Source of the DNA: Auanema rhodensis
Taxonomy: Eukaryota > Animalia > Nematoda
Length of the DNA: 64,000 nt
Direction: 5' to 3'
Assembly (NCBI GenBank): GCA_964057225.1
Contig: OZ059895.1
Location: forward strand, 11,904,001 to 11,968,000
Positions 1-14,823 of this stretch are shown here, piece by piece; the first letter of the stretch is position 1, and every line of letters starts with the position of its first letter. The notes under the pieces were generated by a model. It worked only from the letters and a program-made list of their open reading frames with translations. It was not told the origin of the DNA and did no database searches. The position numbers were made by a program, and so were the translations under genes.

Positions 1-1978
1 GTTGAAAGTACGCCATGCAGCTGATTTTCAATTTTATGTCTTCCGTAACAAATGTTTTCAATTTTCCAGCAGTTTTACTTAGATAGCTCAACCCAAGGCA
101 TTAAAATATCTTCAATCTTATTTCTATATTACAGTTATAAACCAGTAGTTTATGAACCTTAATCTTAACTTTACTGTTTCTATCTATTTCCTATTAAAAC
201 AAACGTTGTTTAAACACTATACAACTGTGAAACCTTTTTTAATTTATTGTATTTGGAGCTCATAAGATTCAATATTATCGAGGGATTTAGATGTAACGTG
301 GAAAATTACATAACTAACATGAAATTGGAAAAAAAACAATAACGAGGATAAATATGTAAATCATTGAATATCAGATATTTCCGCTTACGACCATACCACG
401 TTGAAAGTACGCCATGCAGCTGATTTTCAATTTTATCTCTTCCGTAACAAAAGTTTTCAATTTTCCAGCAGTTTTACTTAGATAGCTCAACCCAAGGCAT
501 TAAAATATCTTCAATCTTATTTCTATATTACAGTTATAAACCAGTAGTTTATGAACCTTCATCTTAACTTTACTGTTTCTATCTATTTCCTATTGAAACA
601 AACATTGTTTAAACACTATACAACTGTGAAACCTTTTTTAATTTATTGTATTTGGATCTCATAAGATTTGATATCATCGAGGGATTTAGATGTTACGTAG
701 AAAATTACATAACTAACATGAAATTGGAAAAAAAACAATAACGAGGATAAGTATGTAGATCATTGAATATCAGATATTTTCGCTTACGACCATACCACGT
801 TGAAAGTACGCCATGCAGCTGATTTTCAATTTTATCTCTTCCGTAACAAATGTTTTCAATTTTCCAGCAGTTTTACTTAGATAGCTCAACCCAAGGCATT
901 AAAATATCTTCAATCTTATTTCTATATTACAGTTATAAACCAGTAGTTTATGAACCTTCATCTTAACTTTACTGTTTCTTTCTATTTCCTATTGAAACAA
1001 ACATTGTTTAAACACTATACAACTGTGAAACCTTTTTTAATTTATTGTATTTGGAGCTCATAAGATTCAATATCATCGAGGGATTTAGATGTAACGTGGA
1101 AAATTACATAACTAACATGAAATTGGAAAAAAAACAATAACGAGGATAAGTATGTAAATCATTGAATATCAGATATTTCCGCTTACGACCATACCACGTT
1201 GAAAGTACGCCATGCAGCTGATTTTCAATTTTATCTCTTCCGTAACAAAAGTTTTCAATTTTCCAGCAGTTTTACTTAGATAGCTCAACCCAAGGCATTA
1301 AAATATCTTCAATCTTATTTCTATATTACAGTTATAAACCAGTAGTTTATGAACCTTAATCTTAACTTTACTGTTTCTATCTATTTCCTGTTAAAACAAA
1401 CGTTGTTTAAACACTATACAACTGTGAAACCTTTTTTAATTTATTGTATTTGGAGCTCATAAGATTCAATATCATCGAGGGATTTAGATGTAACGTGGAA
1501 AATTACATAACTAACATGAAATTGGAAAAAAAACAATAACGAGGATAAGTATGTAAATTATTGAATATCAGATATTTCCGCTTACGACCATACCACGTTG
1601 AAAGTACGCCATGCAGCTGATTTTCAATTTTATCTCTTCCGTAACAAATGTTTTCAATTTTCCAGCAGTTTTACTTAGATAGCTCAACCCAAGGCATTAA
1701 AATATCTTCAATCTTATTTCTATATTACAGTTATAAACCAGTAGTTTATGAACCTTCATCTTAACTTTACTGTTTCTATCTATTTCCTATTGAAACAAAC
1801 TTTGTTTAAACACTATACAACTGTGAAACCTTTTTTAATTTATTGTATTTGGATCTCATAAGATTTGATATCATCGAGGGATTTAGATGTTACGTAGAAA
1901 ATTACATAACTAACATGAAATTGGAAAAAAAACAATAACGAGGATAAGTATGTAGATCATTGAATATCAGATATTTTC

Positions 1979-2097
1979 GCTTACGACCATACCACGTTAA
2001 AAGTACGCCATCCCGTCCGATCTGGCAAGTCAAACAACGTTGGGCCCGGTTAGTACTTGGATCGGAGACGGCTTCTGAATCCCGGGTGCCGTAAGCA
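1979..2097 (+). rRNA. 5S rRNA: 5S rRNA variant class (G56A, GG97-98CT, T119A), possible pseudogene
   Basis: Full length, with GTCAAACAAC and GGCTTCTGAATCC. Extra G21A. Confidence 0.8.
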
Positions 2098-4101
2098 GTT
2101 CAAATTTTTTTAACGATCATACCACGTTGAAAGTACGCCATGCAGCTGATTTTCAATTTTATCTCTTTCGTAACAAAAGTTTTCAAATTTCCAGCAGTTT
2201 TACTTAGATAGCTCAACCCAAGGCATTAAAATATCTTTAATCTTATTTCTATATTACAGTTATAAACCAGTAGTTTATGAACCTTCATCTTAACTTTACT
2301 GTTTCTTTCTATTTCCTATTGAAACAAACATTGTTTAAACACTATACAACTGTGAAACCTTTTTTAATTTATTGTATTTGGATCTCATAAGATTCAATAT
2401 TATCGAGGGATTTAGATGTAACGTGGAAAATTACATAACTAACATGAAATTGGAAACAACTATAACGAGGATAAGTATGTGAATCATTGAATATCAGATA
2501 TTTTCGCTCACGACCATACCACGTTGAAAGTACGCCATGCAGCTGATTTTCAATTTTATCTCTTCCGTAACAAAAGTTTTCAATTTTCCAGCAGTTTTAC
2601 TTAGATAGCTCAACCCAAGGCATTAAAATATCTTCAACCTTATTTCTATATTACAGTTATAAACCAGTAGTTTATGAACCTTCATCTTAACTTTACTGTT
2701 TCTTTCTATTTCCTATTGAAACAAACATTGTTTAAACACTATACAACTGTGAAACCTTTTTTAATTTATTGTATTTGGATCTCATAAGATTTGATATCAT
2801 CGACGGATTTAGATGTTACGTAGAAAATTACATAACTAACATGAAATTGGAAAAAAAACAATAACGAGGATAAGTATGTAGATCATTGAATATCAGATAT
2901 TTTCGCTTACGACCATACCACGTTGAAAGTACGCCATGCAGCTGATTTTCAATTTTATTTCTTCCGTAACAAAAGTTTTCAATTTTCCAGCAGTTTTACT
3001 TAGATAGCTCAACCCAATGCATTAAAATATCTTCAATCTTATTTCTATATTACAGTTATAAACCAGTAGTTTATGAACCTTCATCTTAACTTTACTGTTT
3101 CTATCTATTTCCTATTAAAACAAACGTTGTTTAAACACTATACAACTGTGAAACCTTTTTTAATTTATTGTATTTGGAGCTCATAAGATTCAATATCATT
3201 GAGGGATTTAGATGTAACGTGGAAAATTACATAACTAACATGAAATTGGAAAAAAAACAATAACGAGGATAAGTATGTAAATCATTGAATATCAGATATT
3301 TCCGCTTACGACCATACCACGTTGAAAGTACGCCATGCAGCTGATTTTCAATTTTATCTCTTCCGTAACAAATGTTTTCAATTTTCCAGCAGTTTTACTT
3401 AGATAGCTCAACCCAAGGCATTAAAATATCTTCAATCTTATTTCTATATTACAGTTATAAACCAGTAGTTTATGAACCTTAATCTTAACTTTACTGTTTC
3501 TATCTATTTCCTATTAAAACAAACGTTGTTTAAACACTATACAACTGTGAAACCTTTTTTAATTTATTGTATTTGGAGCTCATAAGATTCAATATTATCG
3601 AGGGATTTAGATGTAACGTGGAAAATTACATAACTAACATGAAATTGGAAAAAAAACAATAACGAGGATAAATATGTAAATCATTGAATATCAGATATTT
3701 CCGCTTACAACCATACCACGTTGAAAGTACGCCATGCAGCTGATTTTCAAATTTATCTCTTCCGTAACAAATGTTTTCAATTTTCCAGCAGTTTTACTTA
3801 GATAGCTCAACCCAAGGCATTAAAATATCTTTAATCTTATTTCTATATTACAGTTATAAACCAGTAGTTTATGAACCTTCATCTTAACTTTACTGTTTCT
3901 ATCTATTTCCTATTGAAACAAACATTGTTTAAACACTATACAACTGTGAAACCTTTTTTAATTTATTGTATTTGGATCTCATAAGATTTGATATCATCGA
4001 GGGATTTAGATGTTACGTAGAAAATTACATAACTAACATGAAATTGGAAAAAAAACAATAACGAGGATAAGTATGTAGATCATTGAATATCAGATATTTT
4101 C

Positions 4102-4220
4102 GCTTACGACCATACCACGTTGAAAGTACGCCATCCCGTCCGATCTGGCAAGTCAAACAACGTTGGGCCCGGTTAGTACTTGGATCGGAGACGGCTTCTG
4201 AATCCCGGGTGCCGTAACCA
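4102..4220 (+). rRNA. 5S rRNA: 5S rRNA variant class
   Basis: Variant-class substitutions plus G117C. Confidence 0.8.
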
Positions 4221-7200
4221 TTTCAAATTTTTTTAACGATCATATCACGTTGAAAGTACGCCATGCAGCTGATTTTCAATTTTATGTCTTCCGTAACAAA
4301 TGTTTTCAATTTTCCAGCAGTTTTACTTAGATAGCTCAACCCAAGGCATTAAAATATCTTCAATCTTATTTCTATATTACAGTTATAAACCAGTAGTTTA
4401 TGAACCTTAATCTTAACTTTACTGTTTCTATCTATTTCCTATTAAAACAAACGTTGTTTAAACACTATACAACTGTGAAACCTTTTTTAATTTATTGTAT
4501 TTGGAGCTCATAAGATTCAATATTATCGAGGGATTTAGATGTAACGTGGAAAATTACATAACTAACATGAAATTGGAAAAAAAACAATAACGAGGATAAA
4601 TATGTAAATCATTGAATATCAGATATTTCCGCTTACGACCATACCACGTTGAAAGTACGCCATGCAGCTGATTTTCAATTTTATCTCTTCCGTAACAAAA
4701 GTTTTCAATTTTCCAGCAGTTTTACTTAGATAGCTCAACCCAAGGCATTAAAATATCTTCAATCTTATTTCTATATTACAGTTATAAACCAGTAGTTTAT
4801 GAACCTTCATCTTAACTTTACTGTTTCTATCTATTTCCTATTGAAACAAACATTGTTTAAACACTATACAACTGTGAAACCTTTTTTAATTTATTGTATT
4901 TGGATCTCATAAGATTTGATATCATCGAGGGATTTAGATGTTACGTAGAAAATTACATAACTAACATGAAATTGGAAAAAAAACAATAACGAGGATAAGT
5001 ATGTAGATCATTGAATATCAGATATTTTCGCTTACGACCATACCACGTTGAAAGTACGCCATGCAGCTGATTTTCAATTTTATCTCTTCCGTAACAAATG
5101 TTTTCAATTTTCCAGCAGTTTTACTTAGATAGCTCAACCCAAGGCATTAAAATATCTTCAATCTTATTTCTATATTACAGTTATAAACCAGTAGTTTATG
5201 AACCTTCATCTTAACTTTACTGTTTCTTTCTATTTCCTATTGAAACAAACATTGTTTAAACACTATACAACTGTGAAACCTTTTTTAATTTATTGTATTT
5301 GGAGCTCATAAGATTCAATATCATCGAGGGATTTAGATGTAACGTGGAAAATTACATAACTAACATGAAATTGGAAAAAAAACAATAACGAGGATAAGTA
5401 TGTAAATCATTGAATATCAGATATTTCCGCTTACGACCATACCACGTTGAAAGTACGCCATGCAGCTGATTTTCAATTTTATCTCTTCCGTAACAAAAGT
5501 TTTCAATTTTCCAGCAGTTTTACTTAGATAGCTCAACCCAAGGCATTAAAATATCTTCAATCTTATTTCTATATTACAGTTATAAACCAGTAGTTTATGA
5601 ACCTCAATCTTAACTTTACTGTTTCTATCTATTTCCTATTAAAACAAACGTTGTTTAAACACTATACAACTGTGAAACCTTTTTTAATTTATTGTATTTG
5701 GAGCTCATAAGATTCAATATCATCGAGGGATTTAGATGTAACGTGGAAAATTACATAACTAACATGAAATTGGAAAAAAAACAATAACGAGGATAAATAT
5801 GTAAATCATTGAATATCAGATATTTCCGCTTACGACCATACCACGTTGAAAGTACGCCATGCAGCTGATTTTCAATTTTATCTCTTCCGTAACAAAAGTT
5901 TTCAATTTTCCAGCAGTTTTACTTAGATAGCTCAACCCAAGGCATTAAAATATCTTCAATCTTATTTCTATATTACAGTTATAAACCAGTAGTTTATGAA
6001 CCTTCATCTTAACTTTACTGTTTCTATCTATTTCCTATTGAAACAAACATTGTTTAAACACTATACAACTGTGAAACCTTTTTTAATTTATTGTATTTGG
6101 ATCTCATAAGATTTGATATCATCGAGGGATTTAGATGTTACGTAGAAAATTACATAACTAACATGAAATTGGAAAAAAAACAATAACGAGGATAAGTATG
6201 TAGATCATTGAATATCAGATATTTTCGCTTACGACCATACCACGTTGAAAGTACGCCATGCAGCTGATTTTCAATTTTATCTCTTCCGTAACAAATGTTT
6301 TCAATTTTCCAGCAGTTTTACTTAGATAGCTCAACCCAAGGCATTAAAATATCTTCAATCTTATTTCTATATTACAGTTATAAACCAGTAGTTTATGAAC
6401 CTTCATCTTAACTTTACTGTTTCTTTCTATTTCCTATTGAAACAAACATTGTTTAAACACTATACAACTGTGAAACCTTTTTTAATTTATTGTATTTGGA
6501 GCTCATAAGATTCAATATCATCGAGGGATTTAGATGTAACGTGGAAAATTACATAACTAACATGAAATTGGAAAAAAAACAATAACGAGGATAAGTATGT
6601 AAATCATTGAATATCAGATATTTCCGCTTACGACCATACCACGTTGAAAGTACGCCATGCAGCTGATTTTCAATTTTATCTCTTCCGTAACAAAAGTTTT
6701 CAATTTTCCAGCAGTTTTACTTAGATAGCTCAACCCAAGGCATTAAAATATCTTCAATCTTATTTCTATATTACAGTTATAAACCAGTAGTTTATGAACC
6801 TCAATCTTAACTTTACTGTTTCTATCTATTTCCTATTAAAACAAACGTTGTTTAAACACTATACAACTGTGAAACCTTTTTTAATTTATTGTATTTGGAG
6901 CTCATAAGATTCAATATCATCGAGGGATTTAGATGTAACGTGGAAAATTACATAACTAACATGAAATTGGAAAAAAAACAATAACGAGGATAAGTATGTA
7001 AATCATTGAATATCAGATATTTCCGCTTACGACCATACCACGTTGAAAGTACGCCATGCAGCTGATTTTCAATTTTATCTCTTCCGTAACAAATGTTTTC
7101 AATTTTCCAGCAGTTTTACTTAGATAGCTCAACCCAAGGCATTAAAATATCTTCAATCTTATTTCTATATTACAGTTATAAACCAGTAGTTTATGAACCT

Positions 7201-8674
7201 TCATCTTAACTTTACTGTTTCTATCTATTTCCTATTGAAACAAACGTTGTTTAAACACTATACAACTGTGAAACCTTTTTTAATTTATTGTATTTGGAGC
7301 TCATAAGATTCAATATCATTGAGGGATTTAGATGTAACGTGGAAAATTACATAACTAACATGAAATTGGAAAAAAAACAATAACGAGGATAAGTATGTAA
7401 ATCATTGAATATCAGATATTTCCGCTTACGACCATACCACGTTGAAAGTACGCCATGCAGCTGATTTTCAATTTTATCTCTTCCGTAACAAATGTTTTCA
7501 ATTTTCCAGCAGTTTTACTTAGATAGCTCAACCCAAGGCATTAAAATATCTTCAATCTTATTTCTATATTACAGTTATAAACCAGTAGTTTATGAACCTT
7601 AATCTTAACTTTACTGTTTCTATCTATTTCCTATTAAAACAAACGTTGTTTAAACACTATACAACTGTGAAACCTTTTTTAATTTATTGTATTTGGAGCT
7701 CATAAGATTCAATATCATCGAGGGATTTAGATGTAACGTGGAAAATTACATAACTAACATGAAATTGGAAAAAAAACAATAACGAGGATAAGTATGTAAA
7801 TCATTGAATATCAGATATTTCCGCTTACGACCATACCACGTTGAAAGTACGCCATGCAGCTGATTTTCAATTTTATCTCTTCCGTAACAAAAGTTTTCAA
7901 TTTTCCAGCAGTTTTACTTAGATAGCTCAACCCAAGGCATTAAAATATCTTCAATCTTATTTCTATATTACTTAGATAGCTCAACCCAAGGCATTAAAAT
8001 ATCTTCAATCTTATTTCTATATTACAGTTATAAACCAGTAGTTTATGAACCTCAATCTTAACTTTACTGTTTCTATCTATTTCCTATTAAAACAAACGTT
8101 GTTTAAACACTATACAACTGTGAAACCTTTTTTAATTTATTGTATTTGGAGCTCATAAGATTCAATATCATCGAGGGATTTAGATGTAACGTGGAAAATT
8201 ACATAACTAACATGAAATTGGAAAAAAAACAATAACGAGGATAAATATGTAAATCATTGAATATCAGATATTTCCGCTTACAACCATACCACGTTGAAAG
8301 TACGCCATGCAGCTGATTTTCAATTTTATCTCTTCCGTAATAAATGTTTTCAATTTTCCAGCAGTTTTACTTAGATAGCTCAACCCAAGGCATTAAAATA
8401 TCTTTAATCTTATTTCTATATTACAGTTATAAACCAGTAGTTTATGAACCTTCATCTTAACTTTACTGTTTCTATCTATTTCCTATTGAAACAAACATTG
8501 TTTAAACACTATACAACTGTGAAACCTTTTTTAATTTATTGTATTTGGATCTCATAAGATTTGATATCATCGAGGGATTTAGATGTTACGTAGAAAATTA
8601 CATAACTAACATGAAATTGGAAAAAAAACAATAACGAGGATAAGTATGTAGATCATTGAATATCAGATATTTTC

Positions 8675-8793
8675 GCTTACGACCATACCACGTTGAAAGT
8701 ACGCCATCCCGTCCGATCTGGCAAGTCAAACAACGTTGGGCCCGGTTAGTACTTGGATCGGAGACGGCTTCTGAATCCCGGGTGCCGTAACCA
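8675..8793 (+). rRNA. 5S rRNA: 5S rRNA variant class
   Basis: Same as the 4102 copy. Confidence 0.8.
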
Positions 8794-11700
8794 TTTCAAA
8801 TTTTTTTAACGATCATATCACGTTGAAAGTACGCCATGCAGCTGATTTTCAATTTTATGTCTTCCGTAACAAATGTTTTCAATTTTCCAGCAGTTTTACT
8901 TAGATAGCTCAACCCAAGGCATTAAAATATCTTCAATCTTATTTCTATATTACAGTTATAAACCAGTAGTTTATGAACCTTAATCTTAACTTTACTGTTT
9001 CTATCTATTTCCTATTAAAACAAACGTTGTTTAAACACTATACAACTGTGAAACCTTTTTTAATTTATTGTATTTGGAGCTCATAAGATTCAATATTATC
9101 GAGGGATTTAGATGTAACGTGGAAAATTACATAACTAACATGAAATTGGAAAAAAAACAATAACGAGGATAAATATGTAAATCATTGAATATCAGATATT
9201 TCCGCTTACGACCATACCACGTTGAAAGTACGCCATGCAGCTGATTTTCAATTTTATCTCTTCCGTAACAAAAGTTTTCAATTTTCCAGCAGTTTTACTT
9301 AGATAGCTCAACCCAAGGCATTAAAATATCTTCAATCTTATTTCTATATTACAGTTATAAACCAGTAGTTTATGAACCTTCATCTTAACTTTACTGTTTC
9401 TATCTATTTCCTATTGAAACAAACATTGTTTAAACACTATACAACTGTGAAACCTTTTTTAATTTATTGTATTTGGATCTCATAAGATTTGATATCATCG
9501 AGGGATTTAGATGTTACGTAGAAAATTACATAACTAACATGAAATTGGAAAAAAAACAATAACGAGGATAAGTATGTAGATCATTGAATATCAGATATTT
9601 TCGCTTACGACCATACCACGTTGAAAGTACGCCATGCAGCTGATTTTCAATTTTATCTCTTCCGTAACAAATGTTTTCAATTTTCCAGCAGTTTTACTTA
9701 GATAGCTCAACCCAAGGCATTAAAATATCTTCAATCTTATTTCTATATTACAGTTATAAACCAGTAGTTTATGAACCTTCATCTTAACTTTACTGTTTCT
9801 TTCTATTTCCTATTGAAACAAACATTGTTTAAACACTATACAACTGTGAAACCTTTTTTAATTTATTGTATTTGGAGCTCATAAGATTCAATATCATCGA
9901 GGGATTTAGATGTAACGTGGAAAATTACATAACTAACATGAAATTGGAAAAAAAACAATAACGAGGATAAGTATGTAAATCATTGAATATCAGATATTTC
10001 CGCTTACGACCATACCACGTTGAAAGTACGCCATGCAGCTGATTTTCAATTTTATCTCTTCCGTAACAAAAGTTTTCAATTTTCCAGCAGTTTTACTTAG
10101 ATAGCTCAACCCAAGGCATTAAAATATCTTCAATCTTATTTCTATATTACAGTTATAAACCAGTAGTTTATGAACCTCAATCTTAACTTTACTGTTTCTA
10201 TCTATTTCCTATTAAAACAAACGTTGTTTAAACACTATACAACTGTGAAACCTTTTTTAATTTATTGTATTTGGAGCTCATAAGATTCAATATCATCGAG
10301 GGATTTAGATGTAACGTGGAAAATTACATAACTAACATGAAATTGGAAAAAAAACAATAACGAGGATAAGTATGTAAATCATTGAATATCAGATATTTCC
10401 GCTTACGACCATACCACGTTGAAAGTACGCCATGCAGCTGATTTTCAATTTTATCTCTTCCGTAACAAATGTTTTCAATTTTCCAGCAGTTTTACTTAGA
10501 TAGCTCAACCCAAGGCATTAAAATATCTTCAATCTTATTTCTATATTACAGTTATAAACCAGTAGTTTATGAACCTTAATCTTAACTTTACTGTTTCTAT
10601 CTATTTCCTATTAAAACAAACGTTGTTTAAACACTATACAACTGTGAAACCTTTTTTAATTTATTGTATTTGGATCTCATAAGAATTGATATCATCGAGG
10701 GATTTAGATGTAACGTGGAAAATTACATAACTAACATGAAATTGGAAAAAAAACAATAACGAGGATAAGTATGTAAATCATTGAATATCAGATATTTCCG
10801 CTTACGACCATACCACGTTGAATGTACGCCATGCAGCTGATTTTCAATTTTATCTCTTCCGTAACAAATGTTTTCAATTTTCCAGCAGTTTTACTTAGAT
10901 AGCTCAACCCAAGGCATTAAAATATCTTCAATCTTATTTCTATATTACAGTTATAAACCAGTAGTTTATGAACCTTCATCTTAACTTTACTGTTTCTATC
11001 TATTTCCTATTGAAACAAACGTTGTTTAAACACTATACAACTGTGAAACCTTTTTTAATTTATTGTATTTGGAGCTCATAAGATTCAATATCATTGAGGG
11101 ATTTAGATGTAACGTGGAAAATTACATAACTAACATGAAATTGGAAAAAAAACAATAACGAGGATAAGTATGTAAATCATTGAATATCAGATATTTCCGC
11201 TTACGACCATACCACGTTGAAAGTACGCCATGCAGCTGATTTTCAATTTTATCTCTTCCGTAACAAATGTTTTCAATTTTCCAGCAGTTTTACTTAGATA
11301 GCTCAACCCAAGGCATTAAAATATCTTCAATCTTATTTCTATATTACAGTTATAAACCAGTAGTTTATGAACCTTAATCTTAACTTTACTGTTTCTATCT
11401 ATTTCCTATTAAAACAAACGTTGTTTAAACACTATACAACTGTGAAACCTTTTTTAATTTATTGTATTTGAAGCTCATAAGATTCAATATCATCGAGGGA
11501 TTTAGATGTAACGTGGAAAATTACATAACTAACATGAAATTGGAAAAAAAACAATAACGAGGATAAGTATGTAAATCATTGAATATCAGATATTTCCGCT
11601 TACGACCATACCACGTTGAAAGTACGCCATGCAGCTGATTTTCAATTTTATCTCTTCCGTAACAAAAGTTTTCAATTTTCCAGCAGTTTTACTTAGATAG

Positions 11701-12050
11701 CTCAACCCAAGGCATTAAAATATCTTCAATCTTATTTCTATATTACTTAGATAGCTCAACCCAAGGCATTAAAATATCTTCAATCTTATTTCTATATTAC
11801 AGTTATAAACCAGTAGTTTATGAACCTCAATCTTAACTTTACTGTTTCTATCTATTTCCTATTAAAACAAACGTTGTTTAAACACTATACAACTGTGAAA
11901 CCTTTTTTAATTTATTGTATTTGGAGCTCATAAGATTCAATATCATCGAGGGATTTAGATGTAACGTGGAAAATTACATAACTAACATGAAATTGGAAAA
12001 AAAACAATAACGAGGATAAGTATGTAGATCATTGAATATCAGATATTTTC

Positions 12051-12169
12051 GCTTACGACCATACCACGTTGAAAGTACGCCATCCCGTCCGATCTGGCAA
12101 GTCAAACAACGTTGGGCCCGGTTAGTACTTGGATCGGAGACGGCTTCTGAATCCCGGGTGCCGTAAGCA
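12051..12169 (+). rRNA. 5S rRNA: 5S rRNA variant class
   Basis: Full-length 5S with variant-class substitutions. Confidence 0.8.
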
Positions 12170-13776
12170 TTTCAAATTTTTTTAACGATCATACCACGTT
12201 GAAAGTACGCCATGCAGCTGATTTTCAATTTTATCTCTTCCGTAACAAAAGTTTTCAATTTTCCAGCAGTTTTACTTAGATAGCTCAACCCAAGGCATTA
12301 AAATATCTTCAACCTTATTTCTATATTACAGTTATAAACCAGTAGTTTATGAACCTTCATCTTAACTTTACTGTTTCTTTCTATTTCCTATTGAAACAAA
12401 CATTGTTTAAACACTATACAACTGTGAAACCTTTTTTAATTTATTGTATTTGGATCTCATAAGATTTGATATCATCGACGGATTTAGATGTTACGTAGAA
12501 AATTACATAACTAACATGAAATTGGAAAAAAAACAATAACGAGGATAAGTATGTAGATCATTGAATATCAGATATTTTCGCTTACGACCATACCACGTTG
12601 AAAGTACGCCATGCAGCTGATTTTCAATTTTATTTCTTCCGTAACAAAAGTTTTCAATTTTCCAGCAGTTTTACTTAGATAGCTCAACCCAATGCATCAA
12701 AATATCTTCAATCTTATTTCTATATTACAGTTATAAACCAGTAGTTTATGAACCTTCATCTTAACTTTACTGTTTCTATCTATTTCCTATTAAAACAAAC
12801 GTTGTTTAAACACTATACAACTGTGAAACCTTTTTTAATTTATTGTATTTGGAGCTCATAAGATTCAATATCATTGAGGGATTTAGATGTAACGTGGAAA
12901 ATTACATAACTAACATGAAATTGGAAAAAAAACAATAACGAGGATAAGTATGTAAATCATTGAATATCAGATATTTCCGCTTACGACCATACCACGTTGA
13001 AAGTACGCCATGCAGCTGATTTTCAATTTTATCTCTTCCGTAACAAATGTTTTCAATTTTCCAGCAGTTTTACTTAGATAGCTCAACCCAAGGCATTAAA
13101 ATATCTTCAATCTTATTTCTATATTACAGTTATAAACCAGTAGTTTATGAACCTTAATCTTAACTTTACTGTTTCTATCTATTTCCTATTAAAACAAACG
13201 TTGTTTAAACACTATACAACTGTGAAACCTTTTTTAATTTATTGTATTTGGAGCTCATAAGATTCAATATTATCGAGGGATTTAGATGTAACGTGGAAAA
13301 TTACATAACTAACATGAAATTGGAAAAAAAACAATAACGAGGATAAATATGTAAATCATTGAATATCAGATATTTCCGCTTACAACCATACCACGTTGAA
13401 AGTACGCCATGCAGCTGATTTTCAATTTTATCTCTTCCGTAACAAATGTTTTCAAATTTCCAGCAGTTTTACTTAGATAGCTCAACCCAAGGCATTAAAA
13501 TATCTTTAATCTTATTTCTATATTACAGTTATAAACCAGTAGTTTATGAACCTTCATCTTAACTTTACTGTTTCTATCTATTTCCTATTGAAACAAACAT
13601 TGTTTAAACACTATACAACTGTGAAACCTTTTTTAATTTATTGTATTTGGATCTCATAAGATTTGATATCATCGAGGGATTTAGATGTTACGTAGAAAAT
13701 TACATAACTAACATGAAATTGGAAAAAAAACAATAACGAGGATAAGTATGTAGATCATTGAATATCAGATATTTTC

Positions 13777-13895
13777 GCTTACGACCATACCACGTTGAAA
13801 GTACGCCATCCCGTCCGATCTGGCAAGTCAAACAACGTTGGGCCCGGTTAGTACTTGGATCGGAGACGGCTTCTGAATCCCGGGTGCCGTAAGCA
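13777..13895 (+). rRNA. 5S rRNA: 5S rRNA variant class
   Basis: Full-length 5S with variant-class substitutions. Confidence 0.8.
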
Positions 13896-14704
13896 TTTCA
13901 AATTTTTTTAACGATCATATCACGTTGAAAGTACGCCATGCAGCTGATTTTCAATTTTATGTCTTCCGTAACAAATGTTTTCAATTTTCCAGCAGTTTTA
14001 CTTAGATAGCTCAACCCAAGGCATTAAAATATCTTCAATCTTATTTCTATATTACAGTTATAAACCAGTAGTTTATGAACCTTAATCTTAACTTTACTGT
14101 TTCTATCTATTTCCTATTAAAACAAACGTTGTTTAAACACTATACAACTGTGAAACCTTTTTTAATTTATTGTATTTGGAGCTCATAAGATTCAATATTA
14201 TCGAGGGATTTAGATGTAACGTGGAAAATTACATAACTAACATGAAATTGGAAAAAAAACAATAACGAGGATAAATATGTAAATCATTGAATATCAGATA
14301 TTTCCGCTTACGACCATACCACGTTGAAAGTACGCCATGCAGCTGATTTTCAATTTTATCTCTTCCGTAACAAAAGTTTTCAATTTTCCAGCAGTTTTAC
14401 TTAGATAGCTCAACCCAAGGCATTAAAATATCTTCAATCTTATTTCTATATTACAGTTATAAACCAGTAGTTTATGAACCTTCATCTTAACTTTACTGTT
14501 TCTATCTATTTCCTATTGAAACAAACATTGTTTAAACACTATACAACTGTGAAACCTTTTTTAATTTATTGTATTTGGATCTCATAAGATTTGATATCAT
14601 CGAGGGATTTAGATGTTACGTAGAAAATTACATAACTAACATGAAATTGGAAAAAAAACAATAACGAGGATAAGTATGTAGATCATTGAATATCAGATAT
14701 TTTC

Positions 14705-14823
14705 GCTTACGACCATACCACGTTGAAAGTACGCCATCCCGTCCGATCTGGCAAGTCAAACAACGTTGGGCCCGGTTAGTACTTGGATCGGAGACGGCTT
14801 CTGAATCCCGGGTGCCGTAAGCA
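14705..14823 (+). rRNA. 5S rRNA: 5S rRNA variant class
   Basis: Full-length 5S with variant-class substitutions. Confidence 0.8.

Noticed and set aside
1-400. SL1 spliced-leader gene in the 5S spacer, as in C. elegans and many nematodes
   Set aside because: I could not find GGTTTAATTACCCAAGTTTGAG on either strand; only the 7-mer ACCCAAG matches. A divergent SL cannot be excluded without a covariance model search.
2113-2141. Downstream 29-nt 5S duplicate as an old excision footprint of the transposon
   Set aside because: It starts at 5S nt 5 and is 29 nt long, which does not match the nt 7-15 TSD, and there is no TIR remnant nearby.
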